Assembly (NCBI GenBank): GCA_951804945.1
Contig: OX638159.1
Coordinates: forward strand, 24,614,001 to 24,678,000
Source: Podarcis cretensis
Taxonomy: Eukaryota
DNA: 64,000 nucleotides
Direction of reading: 5' to 3'
Positions 13,101 through 26,571 of this stretch are shown in pieces; within the stretch, counting starts at the first letter, position 1; each line of letters begins with the position of its first letter. Below the pieces are notes generated by a model. The model searched no databases. It had not been told where the DNA came from and saw nothing but the letters and a program-made list of their open reading frames with translations. The position numbers and the translations under genes were made by a program.

Positions 13101-14596
13101 TGTTTGTGTGACTTCTGTTACAAAACTGAAATATTATGTTTCATTTTAAAGTATACAAAATAGAGTTGGTCGTTCAGCCCCTAAAGCGATCATTCTCTTC
13201 AAGGGTAGGCAGTGTTTTAGAGGGAAGACAGTTAAGATGTGGGTTGCACCGTGGTGAGAAGCTGTTCCAAGAATTACTTATAAGCACAGCCTTGGGCATG
13301 TCCTGGTGTGTGTGTCTTAGAGCCCATTGATGTTATATTTGCTATTATCAACATGCATGGTGATAGTGTAAGAATAGGTGCTCCATGGAAGGTTGCTGAG
13401 CTCATAAATCTCTATAACGTTTTTGTGGCTTTTGCCTGTATCATTTTAAAGGGTAGCCATACCAACCTTTTTAAAATACCTGCCAAAACCATTAAAAAGT
13501 GAAGGTGATTTTAATAAATTTCTCATGCAGCCTCTTGTTTCCTCCCTGCCCCTGATTTTTTTTTTTTATTTTTTTTTTGAGGCACCTTCTCGAACAGTGT
13601 GGGAGGTGGCATAGTGGACTGTAAGGGGAAATGGGAACTGGCAGTAATTCTATTGGAAGCCTCTACTAGATCAAAGTCCCTTCCAGAAGTGGAAGAAGCC
13701 CATCTGTGAAAGGACAAATTCAGATCTAACCCCAAAGATTAGTGGCATGTTCTTGTTAAAAACTGCAGTGTGTAAAAATTGCTTGCGCAGAGTGGGCCTT
13801 TTTTATTGCTTTAGAATAGCTTTTGAGAGATGACCATTTTCTATGGAACAGTCTTTTGTCTTCCAAAATACATCTGTTTGCTAGGCTTCCATATACTGGG
13901 GCTGCCATATGTCTGGTTTTACCAGACACATCAAGGCAGAAAATCTGGATGTATGGCAAGTAGGGTGTTTTTTTATTAAAAAAATACTTTAAAAATAAAA
14001 TAAAAAACACCTAACAACCTTTCTCTGTGCACCCTTTGTAAATAGGTTTGTCCAGAAACAACACATCTACTTACTCAGGAACCATGATATTTCTTTAGTT
14101 TATTTATGCAGAAGAATTGTGTGCCTCTTAGCATTTTTGGTAAACATCCCTAACTGGCCTATGGAAATCTTAAAATCAAAAGACAACAAAATAATACAGA
14201 TGAAGACTGGAACACATTAAACTGCATTGTTAAAGCTCTGTAATTTAAAACAGCAATTCAACAACGGAACAAGGAAACTGTCAAGCCTCCAAACAGGCCT
14301 GTTAAACAACTGAGTTTTAGAGAAATGTTTGATGGAATTGAAGGATAAAGTTTCAATCTGTCCACCAGCACCCTTAAAACAAAGTTATGCTGTCACTTGA
14401 CTTGACTGCTTGGCAGGCTTGGCAGTTGATTACATCAGAAATAAGAGCTTGAATGCCCCGACAATACGTGAAAATGGGCGTTCCTAGTAAAAAAAAAGAT
14501 GGCTGGTCCCATGCAAACATAGTGTCATTCCCATAAACCCGAATTTTCAATTTGCTTGGATTACTGAACAGTGATAGCCATTTTATTTGAAATAAG

Positions 14597-14715
14597 GATG
14601 GTGGGATTCGTTGCCCTTGGATGTTCTGGGATCTCCAGCCTCCAACATCTCCAGCCAGGCATGATGGGAGTTGCAGACCAACAACTTATGGAGACCTATG
14701 AGTTCCTCATTTATG
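14597..14715. mobile_element. Degenerate palindromic hAT-type MITE (relative of 34234-34369)
   Basis: Contains gatgggagttgcag...aacaacttatggag, similar to the intact copy. Further degraded relatives appear at about 36050-36143 and 37345-37479. Confidence 0.5.
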
Positions 14716-16603
14716 GGTTAGACTAAAAAGAAAGGGATGGGGATAACCCTTGGCCACACTGACACCTTGTCGACTATAAAGAACCCTCTACATGAAAGTC
14801 ATAACTCTCCTCATCATCCCGTCCCCAACATCCTCCTAGTTTCATGGGAGATGAATGCTCCTGTAAAATAATGTGTTGTGTTCTGCCCTGGTTAAAGGAA
14901 TCGACATTTTTTAATTTATACAAAGACTGTAAACATGTCTCCTCTGATACTAAGCCTGTTTACCATTTTTCTATTAGATAACATTTAAAAACACATCTCT
15001 TTAGGATGTCTATTTTAGCCTTCACTAAAACGAATGTTAGAATGTAGTAATTCAATCACTGACATAATTAGTTCTGTAACCTTTCATGCATTCAAAGGCA
15101 AGCCTTCTCCAGTCACTTCTTAATTCCCTAAGTAGCTATATGACTTCAGGTATCTTCAGTTACATCGTCTGCATACTTGCTAGTATTTTTTTGTGACGTT
15201 ACAGTCATTAACCTTGGGGGATAATGGAAGTGTCACCTGAGCAAGCTAGGTCAGAGATCTCCAAAGTATTTGGGGCTCACAAAGTCACAGCTGTGTTACC
15301 TGCTCTGTACTAATTAAGAGCTACCATGAATCTGTCTGACAATTAAGGACAGAATGAACTTTAGTGGAGATAGGCACTATGGGACAGTAAACAGTTCTAA
15401 AGCAAGCAAAAAGTCAGCACAGGAAATACTGCTGACAGCATGGACTTTGTTTTAATGCTATGCAGAGTAAAATGCCTGAAATAAGTGTCTAAATTGGGTA
15501 TTCCATCATTATTGCAGGAATAAGTATCCAGAAATGGCATTGTCAAAGCCTTGTATCACCAAGACAAATTTTTCTCTATAAAGATGCTTATCTCATGCAA
15601 AGTAGATGAACAAGAGAGATTAAGGGAGAGGGAAGTTCTTGGGCAAGTAGCGATTCCAATCTGTCTTCTGTCGGCCATGGCCTTTGTAGTTACTGTATTA
15701 ACAACTCAGTCTTCGTATGATTAATATCTTAGTTAAGCTTATTATGAATCATTTATTATTATCATTAACTTTATTATTGTTATTATACATAATGATATAA
15801 AAGCCTTTTTTTTATTATACATTCTAAACTCTCCCCGCTCCCATTGAAGCATAGTCCTAATAAAAGCATTATGTGTGAAGTTGTTGGGTTTATCCTCTTT
15901 TTCTCTCCCATGGCTCTCATGGCTGTAGCAATAGCAGTGAAGAGCCCCCACCCCATGATAACCCCTCCAAACAGGAAAATCATTATTTAAGCTTTACATG
16001 TTGCGTCCTTGGTGCTTTGGGTGGTGGTTGCAGCAGTGAAGATATAGAAGTATGTGCCATTCTTACATTCGGGCACAAACCCACAGGTATCGCTGGCAAA
16101 TTAGCTGCCACATTCCTGGTTGTGCAGATGCTACAGGAAGTAAGTGTGTGTGTGTTTGTGTACAGAAACAGCCATGTATTTGTGTCTGTCTAGTAGTCAG
16201 GGATAAGTGACGGAGCGGGAGATGTTGCTGACTGAAGTGGTAGCAGCAGCTATGGCATGAAATACATCATTCCAGTGGCGTTGTGCATAGTTTCATATTA
16301 CAACAGTTGCTGTTGGGGTTTTTTTGGGTGGTGGTGGGGAGGCTTAATAAGTAACTGAGGTGGATTTGTTAACAAGAAAAGAGCTTCGGTACTGTTTGCA
16401 TGTGTGAGGCCATTTGAAATGCACCAGAATTAATGCTACCTTGTTTATCTTCTGCCCTGGAAAGGAGAAGAAAAAGAGACAGTTTGATGTCTAAATGAAG
16501 TAATCTTCAGAAACAAAAAGATTATATTTGTTAAACTGTATGGGGGGGAAAAAGTCAAAAGATAATATGGCTTTGTTCACAGTATTACATAAAGAAGATT
16601 AAA

Positions 16604-16759
16604 NNNNNNNNNNNNNNNNNNNNNNNNNNNNNNNNNNNNNNNNNNNNNNNNNNNNNNNNNNNNNNNNNNNNNNNNNNNNNNNNNNNNNNNNNNNNNNNNN
16701 NNNNNNNNNNNNNNNNNNNNNNNNNNNNNNNNNNNNNNNNNNNNNNNNNNNNNNNNNNN
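16604..16759. other. Assembly gap (156 N)
   Basis: Run of N flanked by A-rich sequence on both sides. Confidence 1.
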
Positions 16760-17211
16760 AAAAAGAAAGCAACCAAAAAGAAAGAGGTTACAGAAGGGAG
16801 ACCAAAGCCTGGCATATGATTGAAGCTGACATTTTGTCATTTTAAGCCTGGTGCGGGAGGACCTTCCTGTAATACCCTTGTATAAATACCAGCTTCATTT
16901 TCTGCCATCACCAGCTATATTGTAAAAATGATGTCATGACAAGACCCAAAGGAATTCCTTTTGTTGCTCAGAGCCACTTTGGCAGCTCTGAGTTAAACTA
17001 ATCATGAGCGAGCTGACGCATTATTAATTAGTTTGCCCAGTATCAAGGTATTTAGAGAGGAAGGGGAGGGAGAGTCTGCATGGCAAGAAAAGAGGGGTAG
17101 GTGTTTGGCACAGAAAACTTTGTGTATGTTCTGTTGTTTTCTTCCTTTTAAACTGATGCATTCACCAATTGATGTGGCAACAAGTGGATAGATCCAAGGC
17201 TGTTTATCACT

Positions 17212-17523
17212 GGTTGTGTCTGGACAATCGTGTCTCATCTTAATATGAATGAGCCTGTTGCACCCGGTTTGCTCCTCATTTGTGCAAGCAAGGAAACAAA
17301 CCACAGTTGACTATAGTTTTCCAGGATGTCTGAAGTAGGAAACTGTGGTTAATGGTTCACAAACAAGCCAGCATAAGAAGCCATGGTTGAAAGCTTATAG
17401 ATTCCGATGTAACAGCAGGTAATAACCAACCATAAAGGAGAAGCAAAGCAGCTGCATGTGGGTACATGAGACTTGTTCATATCTCTGCTTATTAAGCCAA
17501 GATGTGGTGGTCCAGACATGGCC
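17212..17523. mobile_element. Old Harbinger-like non-autonomous element
   Basis: Termini ggttgtgtctggac and gtccagacatggcc (11/14 inverted match) with a 3-bp duplication act on both sides. Confidence 0.45.
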
Positions 17524-17742
17524 ACTGTGTGTTAAACAATTGGCCACTGCAACACTACAGTTGAAGGTCCAGTCCCTGTATTTTAGTAGCTCTGCTAAAT
17601 AACCTGAAAACTTACATTGCATCAGTTTGTTTGCACACATTATTTCTCTACTGCATGCAATGCTTATAACTGTGTATCCTTACCAGTGTGGTCCTTGCCA
17701 GTTTGAATGAATGATGCTGGCAATATTACAATAAACTTAATA

Positions 17743-17952
17743 AAACCAAATAAAAGAAAAAAATTCCTTCCAGTAGCACCTTAAAGACCAACTAAGTTAG
17801 TTCTAGGTATGAGCTTTCGTGTGCATGCACACTTCTTCAGATGAAAGCTCATACCTAGAACTAACTTAGTTGGTCTTTAAGGTGCTACTGGAATGAATTT
17901 TTTTCTTTTATTTTGTTTTGACTATGGCAGACCAACACGGCTACCTATCTGT
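17743..17952. mobile_element. Penelope-like retroelement remnant forming a long inverted repeat
   Basis: Arms at 17743-17818 and 17843-17918 are about 76-bp reverse complements with about 2 mismatches. Same family as 55538-55687. TSD aataaact(t/a)aata at 17730-17742 and 17953-17965. Confidence 0.85.
17807..17842 (-). ncRNA. Hammerhead ribozyme core with truncated stem I (probably inactive)
   Basis: Minus strand reads AU-CUGAAGA-A-GUGUGCAUGCACAC-GAAAGCUC-AUAC. Only 2 bp of stem I remain because the inversion junction removed the rest. Confidence 0.6.
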
Positions 17953-18279
17953 AATAAACTAAATACAAAGTCTACCCAAGGCATTTTGTTGGGACAAGAT
18001 GTAACCCCCCAGCAAATACACATATAGCATCTGAGCAGACTGGCAGCTGAATCTTACTTCAATAATGGCAACAGGATGTCATCCTTCGCTGCATCTGAAA
18101 ACTGCAAGCTACCTTTGGAGGTGCAGGACATGCTAGCTTAGGGAGAACGGGGGATTGTTGCTAATATCATTGAATGGATGTCTACACCATCTTTAGTTGA
18201 GCTGAAGGCATATGAGAGCAACAGGGATAAGAATATGCCAAAGAGAGTTGGGACAAGAAAAACCACTTTTCATACTGGA

Positions 18280-18740
18280 TGAGCCGCCATACTGCACAGT
18301 GCCACACGTGTTCTATTGGAAATACACATGTTGTGGAGATTAGGTGTGTTTGAGCAGTGTGAAGAGTTCTTTTTGGCTGATGAGGTCAATGGACTTTGTC
18401 AGGTCTGTGAAGGCAACATACAGGGGGTGTCTCTGTTCTCACCATTTCTGCTGCAGCTTGACGCAGTGAGAAGATCATGTTGACTGCTAACCTCTGAGCT
18501 ATAAAGCAGGGTTGGGGCTCAGGATAGACCCTGTCAGTGAGTGGCTGCAGTCTGTTGAGAACCACATGGGCAAAGTCTTTCCCCACAATACTCAGCAGAG
18601 AAATCCCATGGTATTTGTTGCAGTCATGGTGGTCACCTTTGTTCTTGTAGAGGATCAGAGTGATGGAGTCGTGTATGTCTTCTGGTGTGAATCCTTGTTC
18701 ACAACACAAGGATGTCTGACTAGATGGAGAAATATCATGG
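18280..18740 (-). mobile_element. RTE-clade LINE reverse transcriptase fragment (degenerate)
   Basis: LYKNKGDHHDCNKYHGISLLSIVGKDFAHVVLNRLQPLTDRVYPEPQPCF...NMIFSLRQ matches the RTE pattern YK.KGD..DC.NYRGISLLS..GK...PE.QCGF....DMIFSLRQ. Confidence 0.85.
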
Positions 18741-21700
18741 AAGACCCCCCCCCAAAAAAAAATCTTTCTTAACATCTTACAAAGCAGCTGAAGAAGTCTC
18801 ATGTGCTAGGGATTCTGTTTCCAGCTATACCTTCAACTCTTCAGGCACATGGGTGCATGACCTTCATATGCATTAAATGTTTCCTTAAAATGCCAAAAAT
18901 ATTTTAACCTGTTATAAAATATGTATGTGCCAAACATAAATATTTATATTCTACTGATTTGTGTGTATGTACACGTGTGCATATGTGAGGGATAGTTAAA
19001 ATCATTAATTGGCAAATTACTAATAGTGTATGCTTATAATTTCTCCTGTGGAGCATTCAGTTTTTTTAAAAGAAACAAACCAATGATTGAAAAAGCCCTA
19101 GGATAGTAGGGAAGCCAGTAACACAATAATGAAAGGAGCTGCTTTTCAATGTAAATTAATTTGGTATTTCCTAGCATACTAATGTTCCATTCCATTAGGG
19201 CAATGACAAACATACATATATATATCCTGACTATGGTCTTGAACACCAATGATTCTGACTTCAGTGGCTGTGTAGGATCAGTGGAGAGATCCAATAATGT
19301 CTTAAAATTAGATGTTGTAGAAAGTTTCAGCACAGACTACCCATAAAAGCACATTGCTTGCCATCACCACCCAGACTTTGCAATTCAAACAAAAGGTGGT
19401 GGTGAACTATTTGCCTCTCCATTTTGTTCTTTCCTGTTTGCTTTGTAGCGCTGCTATAACTTCTTTGTTTTTTGCTGGTGTTCACTGTCTACATTTTGTG
19501 TTCTTTTCCAAAGGAGTGCAACTAACTCATTTCCCATTTCTATTATGGTTAACACATCTGCAGTCATACAGGACAAACTCGTCCCAGAAATTATTTGTCT
19601 TAAATGTTAAGAATTATTTTTTTGTCCTATTTTTGCCTGCTGAAGCCAGCTTGAATTCAAGGGTTGTTTTAGAATTGGTATTTCTTATTGGTCTGCTCAG
19701 TATTACTTACCAAAGCCATGTGATAATTAGCACCAGAATGGGAAGAATCAGCTGATTTCCTGGCCTATTTTACTGTATTTGCTTGCCTTTATTTCCTATG
19801 ATTACAGATGGCTTATTTATTTAATTGCCGTACCATAAAAGCAGTTTTCTTCATCTCTGGTGCACAAGATACGAAGTTAAAGAGACTGTTAATGCACTGT
19901 TGGCCTGACCATAAAAAGCAATGTACTTTAAATACTAGTGTTAGTAGAATAAATGCCTCCCTTTTATTACCTCTCCTCTGTATATTTTTACTTCCTTCTG
20001 ATAAAGAATTACATAATCCCGAGTGCTCTTCCTCCATGAGTTTATATTCTGCTGAGAATTCTGCCTGGTATAATCTTGTACATGGTGTGGAAAGCAGTTT
20101 GTCATTTCAAAATATGACAGTGAGCGACTTACATCTGATTACTGAAATCCATAGTATTCAAGTGACATGTCCTGTTTGTTTTTCTATCCACAGACATTTT
20201 TCTTAGCAGTTTTATGTCTTACGGGGTGCCATTTAAAGTGTTGCAGTTTTCATTTTCTGGCCAGTAAACCTGAAAATAAAAGCTGTTACTATATAATGTC
20301 ATTTTAAAATAGTTCTTAGCACGTGAAAATATATGTCCAAGTGTGGTTAACTCTTCTTTAAAAATATCTCAGTGAGCGTAAGGAGGTACAGCTATCTAAA
20401 TGTGAATATCTCATTTAAAATGCTGACTAATGAAGAATGATTCACAGTAGCACTGACAAAGTTAATGGAGGAATAAAACCCTAGTCCTTTTCCCAAAAAT
20501 AATTAGATACTAAGGGACTTATGTTGTTTCCAGAAGGAAGCCCATGTGACTCTGCCTATTTATTAAGACTGATGAACTCTTGTTAGCCTGTTTACTCTTT
20601 CCCTCTTGTATTATCTCCACTCCCCACTCCAGATTTACAAGCTGTGTATAAACTACAATTTTTATGTGCGCCCCCCCTCTGTCTCTGTCTCTCTCTGTGT
20701 GTATTATATATATTTTCTATCTGTTTTTTATGACTTTTTTCCACAACATTTATTGACAATCTGAATCTAACAAATCCTAAACTACTTAATGGGTTCTGGC
20801 TGCATCCAGTATGTGGCCTGAATATTTCCCCCCCTCAGACATCTGTGAGGATAGCTTCTGAAATTTACAAAACCTTTGTGTGTAATCCCACAGCCGGACC
20901 TGCACATTAGAAATCTCAACCAGTATTTGTTTGCTGCTAATTACTCCATGTAAACCTGTGGGAACAGATTCTCTATTAATGAATTTGAGCAAGCAGTTAG
21001 AATTCTTTGCATAAATTTTAAGGAAATTACTAGTCTGGTTGTTTAGACTCTTCCCCCCCCCTACTCTTCCCCCTCACCTGTTACAGCCAGGTCTTCATAT
21101 CCTGCACAGTCACGCTGCTGCTGGTGTTATTTTATTCATCATTAATTAGGGAGAAAAAAGAGCTAAGAAATAAGAAATCTTATTTGGCACCACTGCGTAA
21201 CAGAAACAGCTGTGTAATGTGGCATCAGTGGGTTATTAAATATGACATAATGAGTAGTATTTCTATCATGGCATTATCTGTCATAGCTTTTGTCAGGCAA
21301 TTTTTTTTCAAGGTTTGAAATCTTTCTCATGTATTTTTCACTGGGTATCATTTAAAATGTCCAGAAATCCCACTGCAACCAATCAGTTTGTCTTCTTCTA
21401 AATACCTTCCTTTGATTGATGGCTTGTTAGGCAAAGTTAGGAAGCCACAGGGAACTCAATTACTTTACTATGTGATGCAACAATAGTTTGACCCAGGTAA
21501 TACTGGTTAGCTGTATTTGTGGCATACTTTGGGGTGGGGGGAGTCACAGATTTTTACCATAAGCCTAACCTGAAAGAATTTGATGCAAACATTCAGTGCA
21601 ATCCAGTAGAACATGTTGGTGTCTAATCATATCTTATTGTGAAGCATCTGGTATATTGTGTATATTCTAAACATATAGTGCCATCTGCTATGTTGATGCA

Positions 21701-21775
21701 GTTCTGGGCAATGTTTTAAACTCTGATCCAGCGTTTGCAAAAACTATGAATGTTATAAAAGCAGAAGCAGTGCCA

Positions 21776-21780
<5 letters not shown>

Positions 21781-21820
<40 letters not shown>
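21781..21820. repeat. Compound microsatellite (CT)n(GT)n
   Basis: Read directly from the sequence. Confidence 0.95.
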
Positions 21821-21928
21821 AGAAGTCTGTTTCTACACTCGTACAGTTCTTTACATTCAGTGCTTTATGGTTCCTATGCATGATTTATGGAATTGTGACT
21901 GCAATCTCTTTTATCTGAATATATATAC

Positions 21929-21929
21929 A

Positions 21930-21976
<47 letters not shown>
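21929..21976. repeat. (GT)n(TA)n microsatellite
   Basis: Read directly from the sequence; about 19 TA units. Confidence 0.95.
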
Positions 21977-21981
<5 letters not shown>

Positions 21982-23364
21982 GCATACCAGGACCAGATTA
22001 AACTACATTTTGCAGGTCACATTTGGCCAACCTTTGCAACCTCTTTCAATTTCTATCATGAGTTAGAAAATAATCCAGTGGTACTGTAATTGTTAGTGAC
22101 ACCTAAGATTTTATAGGTAATATTTCTGTTAATGCACAGGTATAGTTGTTGGTGGCTTAATTAACCACATAGAAATATGTTAGTCTTTAGGTAGTTGTCC
22201 TAATTAGTGTGTGATTACTATATTTTATTCAATAGATGTTGTTTGCATTGGTAGCCATTTGTTATTTTCATCTTAGCAATTTTTGTGCTATCTGGCAGCG
22301 ATATCCTGGTTATTTCCACAGTGCTGAAAGCCATGATGACAGAATGAATTATACAAATGAAATATGGCATCAGCTCTGCAAATCCATTGGTCCATAAGCT
22401 GTATCCAGCATCTGGCAATGTCTGAGGAAGAGTTGCACAAAGCTTGTTTAGGAGTCCAGCATTGCCTTTCCAGATTTATCATAGGAAGAAAGCCAACATG
22501 TGCTACAAAAAACAAGGGCTGAATGAACAATGGAAAGGGAAAGATAAGCACAAAAAGTTCTTGTAAGCCAGTGTAGAATGGACTCCATGAAAAGTGCTGG
22601 CAGGTGGCTTAGAACTCCATTTACAGTGTTAAAATTCCAGCATATCAAAGTGTTTGCTAACAGTGTATTTCACTCTTTTCATCAGCTCTGCATTCGCATC
22701 ACTGAATCAAGTAGCTGTATTTCAGAAGTGAATATGGCTCAGATAACTGTTCAGGCTCATGTTACTGATCCATATCTGTTGGTGATTCTATTCCTTTTAC
22801 CTCCCACATGAGTCGTACCTTTCTAGTGCAAATAAGCTGCCACTAGTGCCTTTGCTTGATCTCCATGCTACAGATGTCTCTAATTAACTTTACCATGACA
22901 GGCCACCAGGATACAGTTACAAAGGTTGACAGATCCCAGTGTCCTTGGAGGCTCTACCCTGTCACCTGACACATTCCTTGTGCTAACATCCTTTTGGCAA
23001 GCTCTTTTTAATGACTAAGTCCATCTTGTACCTGTGTGTTTAATATGGGGAGTGTAGAGTGATAGCCACTAAAAGATAACAAAGAATTTTTAGTTGGAGA
23101 GCAATTACAGTATCGACTTTGATTTAGCAACATAAGAGATGTGCCGTTAGATCCTGTTTGAAAAATTCAAATACAGCAGTACACCAAAAACAAGTAACTT
23201 TGGAACAGTGTTTTGGAGACAGTCTTAGCTCTGTATTTATAGGATTAAATGGCAGAAAAGGTTTTTTTTCAGAGAGTTGATTGTACTGTGAGCTTCACTG
23301 GCCGCCTGAGCAGAAACGTGTTACTATTAAACACAAAATCTTTCTATCAATACATGTGAATTAA

Positions 23365-23455
23365 GCCACAGGGCAATCTTACATATATAAATATTAAGCC
23401 CCAGTGAATTCAGTGGGTTTTGCTCCTAGGTAAGTGAGCATAGAATTGCAGCCTC
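23365..23455. mobile_element. Ancient short palindromic MITE remnant (second copy at about 42058-42150)
   Basis: gcaatct...cccagtgaattcagtggg...ggtaagtgagcatagaattgcagcc, compared with cacaatcct...cctattgaattaagtgga...ggtaaatggggttaggattgaagcc at 42 kb. Confidence 0.5.
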
Positions 23456-23864
23456 AAAGTAGCTGTAACAATTCCCAGGTCCAAATTCTGAGATAGCTTC
23501 TATACAATTGGAAGAGCTACACAGAAGAAAGCCATAATCAATTGCAACTTTGTTCACTATAGTGCTTAAGTCATGGAAAAAGCCAAACCTTTTGAAATTT
23601 CCCTTCTATGCAATTTTTCAATTCTGAATGTGGCAACAAAAATGGATAGAACTTGAGTAAATTATACTTCCTCAAGATTTAGCATTTCAAATAGCTTGAA
23701 ACTCAAAACAAATCTTGAAACTCAAGCTTTTATTTTAAATTCTAGATTTAAACGCACTGGGGAAGGAAATAGGAAGGTTAAATCACTTGACAGATTAAAA
23801 TCAGATGAGAGGGAGGAAACAGTAGCAGTGGAAATGATTAGAAAACGACGAAGTGCGTTGATAT

Positions 23865-24133
23865 CAGAGCCGTAGCTAGGGGATCTTGTGCCCCTGGCAG
23901 AACGGTTCAGATTGTGCCCCCTAACCATGGACAAATTAGCTCTTCTTTCTGCCTCTCCTCCAAACCCCCCCCCCATTCAATTCACCCTTTATTTAAAATA
24001 TTTTCTTATGAGGCAATAATCAATATTTTTATTTATGGACATATTTATGGACATATTTTAAGCCAATTTTGGGCTCTCCTTCACCTGTGCCCCTGGCGGG
24101 GCCCCACCTCATCACCCCCTAGCCATGGCCCTG
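23865..24133. mobile_element. hAT-like MITE
   Basis: TIRs cagagccgtagctagggg and cccctagccatggccctg. 8-bp TSD gttgatat (23857-23864) and gttgatac (24134-24141). Confidence 0.75.
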
Positions 24134-24509
24134 GTTGATACCCATCACAATTATAGATGAAATGGGAGTAGAATGTACAATAATGTAAAAGCCTCTATTA
24201 GCTCCAATAAACTCAGATGGAAGTAGAAAACCAAGGCAGAGTTCCTTTATTGGGTAAACCTCCTAAAACTATCTTAGTTGCTAAATAAGCTATCTTAGTT
24301 GGTAATGTGATTAGGTGTGACTTGGGTGGCTCAATGAAACACAAAGTATTCCTTGGGCATTAAGAGCTGTTAACTAGATGAAGCTCGTTAAGCTTACTTA
24401 CTTGCAGAAAAATGTACCAAATTGGAAAAAGCTTATACTTTCTCCTGCAGTAGGAAGACAAAGCATACTATACACCCTTCGTAGGCCAGGCTTTGGTCAG
24501 CCAAAGGTA

Positions 24510-25105
24510 CCGTATTTTTTGCTCCATAACACTCACTTTTTTCCTCCTAGAAAGTAAGGGGAAATGTCTGTGCGTGTTATGGAGCGAATGCCTAAGGATG
24601 GCAGGGGGCGATCTGCTGCAGTCATGAGCAGAGGATCCATGGTTCCCCTTCCTTCCCTCCTCCGTGGCTCGCTTTGCTCGCTTTGAAACAGCAAAGCGGG
24701 AGAAGAGCCACTGAGTGGGGAGAAGAGAGGGACAGAGAGCCTGGTTACAAAGCACGGGTCCACATGGATCCTCAGGATTTTTGCACTGGGTCACCCCAAA
24801 TTCACCATCAGATCACATAGCATGTCCATGGCTACAGCTTGCACCAAAAAATCACGCACCCACTGTTGCTTGGGGCCGCAGTGGTGCAAAAACGTGGTTA
24901 CAAAGCATGGATCCACATGGATCCTCAGGATTTTTGCATTGGGCTACCCCAAACTCACCGTCAGATCACATGTCTGTGGCCACAGCATGAACTACAAAAA
25001 TCATACATCCACTGTTTCGTTTAGAATATTTTTTTTCTTGTTTTCCTCCTCTAAAAACTATGTGCGTGTTATGGTCGGGTGCGTGTTATAGAGCGAAAAA
25101 TACGG
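24510..25105. mobile_element. Tc2/pogo-like non-autonomous DNA transposon, 596 bp, about 1.5 internal 153-bp units
   Basis: TA|CCGTATTTTT ... GAAAAATACGG|TA. Subterminal sequence is shared with 26572-27769. Confidence 0.85.
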
Positions 25106-26571
25106 TAATATTGCAGTTATAAGCTGTGCTTTCCAAGATCCTGAATTAAGTATGATTTAAGTTGCCCCATTAAGATTATTTGAGCTGCATCTGCACAGGA
25201 TGTCATACATTCCTTTTAAAACATTTGTACTTTCACTTCTTAACCTCATGTATTCAACAGAATGGAAGGGTACAGAATTGGGATGGCTACAGCTGCTGGG
25301 TGATTCACAAATGTATTGAGTTTGATTTTATCATAGAAAGGAAGGATGTAAATATCCAAATAATAAGTAAAAGAAAAGTGAATCACAAAAAAGATATCCA
25401 GGCAAAACAGGCTGTTTTCACCTAGCTTTTAGCAAAGATGAGCTGATAAACTTAGTTGACTAGACTTAAACATAATGATTATCTTTCAAACTGTTTGCAT
25501 CTATTGCAGATTGATCAAGGATGATACCACTATGAAGTATGGTCTATGGACTCTTCCCAGCTTTGTAAAAAAAAGAAAAAAGATTGGGATCCTGAATACT
25601 ACAGTGTTTTGCTAAAAAGTCTTGATGCCTTTAAGATTTAATTTGGGATGATTTCAAAACCACCAAAGTAAGGTGCAATTCTGCACCTGTTAGTGGCTGC
25701 CAGACTTATGGAATCATGTGAACTGGAAGAGTCTGGAATAAGCAATGTCTGGTAATCCTAGCTGGCCTTTAGTCATTGTCAGGCAAAGCAGAGGACTTTA
25801 CACTCCAATGACTAAGGAAACTATTACTAAAAAAGACTGTTGCAATCCGAGGCTTGTAATCAGAGTTGCAGAACCTACCTAATGAATTTAAGATTGAGAA
25901 TCTAATTTTCTTAGAACTATCACTTGAGAATCAGAGTAATTATTTCCTAGCACCCTTTGTGGAATATAGTTATAATTGCATTAGTGTAGGAATGTTCACA
26001 TAAACACTTAATTGTTAACATCCTCCTAATTCAGAGGAAATCATCACCTCTTCATATTTCACTGTCATAAAGGGTTGTTAAATTTTTTAAAAAGGAAGCA
26101 CGGTTACATCTGGAATGCAGAGTGAGAAACAGAATTTGGAAATATCTGAAATATGCCTCTGAGGGACACACACACTACTGTGATAAAGAGCTGTTACATG
26201 AAAACTTACACACACACCTGCAATATTTTTTTTAAAGGTATTGAGACTTATTTAAGAACTTTTTCCTATTTGTTAAAGAGTTGCAGTTTTAAAAGGCACA
26301 CTGAAGAATTAGAAGGAACAGCACCAAAGAAATTATGTATACAGCAATACTCCCTCTGGTGAAAGAATACAGTGGTACCTTGGGTTACATACGCTTCAGG
26401 TTACAGACTCCGCTAACCCAGAAATAGTACCTCAGGTTAAGAACTTTCCTTCAGGATGAGAACAGAAATCATGCTCCGGCAGCGCGGTAGCAGCAGGAGG
26501 CCCCATTAGCTAAAGTGGTGCTTCAGGTTAAGAACAGTTTCAGGTTAATAATGGACCTCCGGAACGAATTA

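Noticed and set aside
16577-16840. ORFs spanning the N run
   Set aside because: Artefacts of the assembly gap.
19034-20206. Cluster of 99-133-aa ORFs
   Set aside because: No recognisable domain, low-complexity Leu/Phe-rich composition typical of AT-rich intron, and no supporting splice structure.
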